In this document: piece after piece, positions 62,445 through 64,000 of the stretch | Layout: each line of letters begins with the position of its first letter | How positions within the stretch are numbered: position 1 is the stretch's first letter | NCBI GenBank assembly: GCA_043228905.1 | Contig: JBHGNT010000022.1 | Span: forward strand, 620,001-684,000 | DNA from: Azolla caroliniana | Lineage: Eukaryota > Plantae > Polypodiophyta | Length of the DNA: 64,000 nucleotides | Direction: 5' to 3' | Made by a program: the position numbers and the translations under genes | Notes under the pieces: generated by a model | Seen by the model: only the letters and a program-made list of their open reading frames with translations | Databases searched by the model: none | What the model was told of the DNA's origin: nothing

Positions 62445-62751
62445 TGTAAAAACGTGTGAATAATAGGGGTGCCTTTATGACGCCGAGTAGGAGTTAATTC
62501 GTGACAGAGGATCCCATGTAATTAGGGATTTATCCCACATCGTTACGCATCCCTCTCCTTGTTCTATAAAACGAAGGGAGCGCCCTTCGTAAAGGGGTTG
62601 CCCGTTTTGAGTTACGAGGGTATACCGCTAGATTTAGGGTAGTTCTTGGTCTTCATCTTTCTCTTATTCCCTTAGGGTTTGTACTTCAGTCTTTCACCCT
62701 GCTTTGTTTAGGGTTTCATCTTGGTAGCTTTCTTCTTCTCCTTCGTGTCTG
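62445..62751 (+). mobile_element. Partial LTR-like sequence of another family
   Basis: TG start, ATCCCACATCG, CTATAAAA, TAGGGTTT and CT-rich tail; cut by element D. Confidence 0.45.
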
Positions 62752-64000
62752 TGTTATCGCTAGGCACGGACAATGGCATAACACAGGGTGTCCCTTGAGA
62801 CCTTCACCAAAGGGGTGTTGCGGTGAGACAAACTTAGACCGAACTATTAATGAAACCCTAATTGGTTACTAATCGGCAAAATCACTAATAGTCACAATAC
62901 ACGCGTAAGATGGATTACACTTAGCACAGAATGGTAATTAACACTGATTTAGATACATAACAACGACACTCTATTAATTATCCGCTAATTGATTACAAAC
63001 TAACCGTGCCCTTTTATAGGTCCTCGACTCTAGGTACAAACTGGTGCCAATCGGCAACCGACTACAAACCGGTTCGGATCCGGATCGGCATACCTATTCC
63101 GGGTCCGTCCATTCGCTTCTCAAAATCATAATAATTCTATATTATAGATAATCAGCTCCCGGTTATTAATTATCCCCCTTTTCCCATTCTGGACTTCCCT
63201 TGTCGGCCGGCTAACACATGGCACGCCCATGGGACAGTACCTTGTACGTCGAATCCCACGATCCGGCCTTCATTCTTCCTCCAAAATGTCCAAAATGCTT
63301 TGATCTAAGGGTTGCAATGGTTCCTCAAGAAGTTGTTCTGTCGTCTATTGTTGTTGTTGCTCCTCATCCTGATGTTGCCCCGGTTTCTATTGTTCCTACG
63401 GCTATGGCTGCTCTTGTTATCCCTTCGGCTCCAACTATGGTTGCTTCTGGTTGACGTATGTTTCCTGCGGCTCAATCGGTTTGACCGGCTCTTCCTCCTT
63501 TTCTGGCTCGACTGGTCTTAGCGTCTCCTGGTTCTGCTGTCCGGCATGCACCGGTTCATGTGGATGACCTTCCTTTAGCGGTTCCCCCTGAGTACTATCT
63601 GGTTGGCTTCCCCTGGCTTTAACCGACGTTTGTTCTGACGATGGCTCCTCGTCACTGATGCTAATCGCCGTAGTTTTCTTGGCCACTTCTTGCCGTCGTC
63701 ATTCCTGTTCGTACCTTTCGAAACGGAGTTGGTTGTCCAACTGGTCATCATCCAATTGTGCCACCAACTGGCGTACCGCCACCCTTTGCTCATCAGCCAA
63801 GGATATGAAATCATCCGACAATTCTTCCTTTATCGCTTCGATGCTTTCCTTATCCAGGTTGTAAACTTCGTTGCCTTCTTTCCGCTGGTTTTCTGCATCT
63901 ACCTGCAGCAACAGTAGCTCCGCTGCCTACTTAGCCCACTTAGACCACCATTGTACTGAGCTTTCTTCCACCAATTGCTTCGTTCGATTCCTCCATGCTA
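62752..64000 (-). mobile_element. Diverged family member D, 3' end: LTR 62752-63216, tRNA-like motif 63217-63253, extra ORF C-terminus
   Basis: QWWSKWAK*AAELLLLQVDAENQRKEG..LDDDQLDNQLRFERYE, ..QSILDILEEE*; LTR shares GGACAATGGC.TAACACAGGGTGTC and CTTCACCAAAGGG with A. Confidence 0.9.

Overview
Repeat-dense land-plant nuclear DNA; a fern or lycophyte host is my inference from the transposon types and long (CA/TA)-rich tracts. There are three host genes (a 3-exon CHX cation/H+ antiporter, an F-box gene, and a multi-exon ATRIP/SUV2-like gene) plus a processed RPS8 pseudogene. They sit among decayed Ty1/copia, LINE and solo-LTR fragments. From about 35.8 kb onward the window is a nested LTR-retrotransposon stack: a copia element hosts a full-length non-chromovirus Ty3/gypsy element A (TSD ATGGC), which hosts a younger relative, element B (TSD CTCCC). 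Two more diverged relatives (C, D) and Tcn1-like pieces follow. The main observation is that this gypsy family has no polypurine tract next to the 3' LTR. All four copies instead carry a conserved ~37-nt motif ending in a sense copy of a tRNA-like 3' end (GTCCCACGGGCGTGCCA) exactly 2 nt before the LTR, which is an inverted second PBS. A and B also have a normal tRNA-Arg-type PBS after the 5' LTR. This suggests both cDNA strands may be tRNA-primed. The family also carries a large extra coiled-coil ORF after pol, with an in-frame amber stop shared by A and B. tRNA assignments are from recall of plant tRNA sequences and need a database check.
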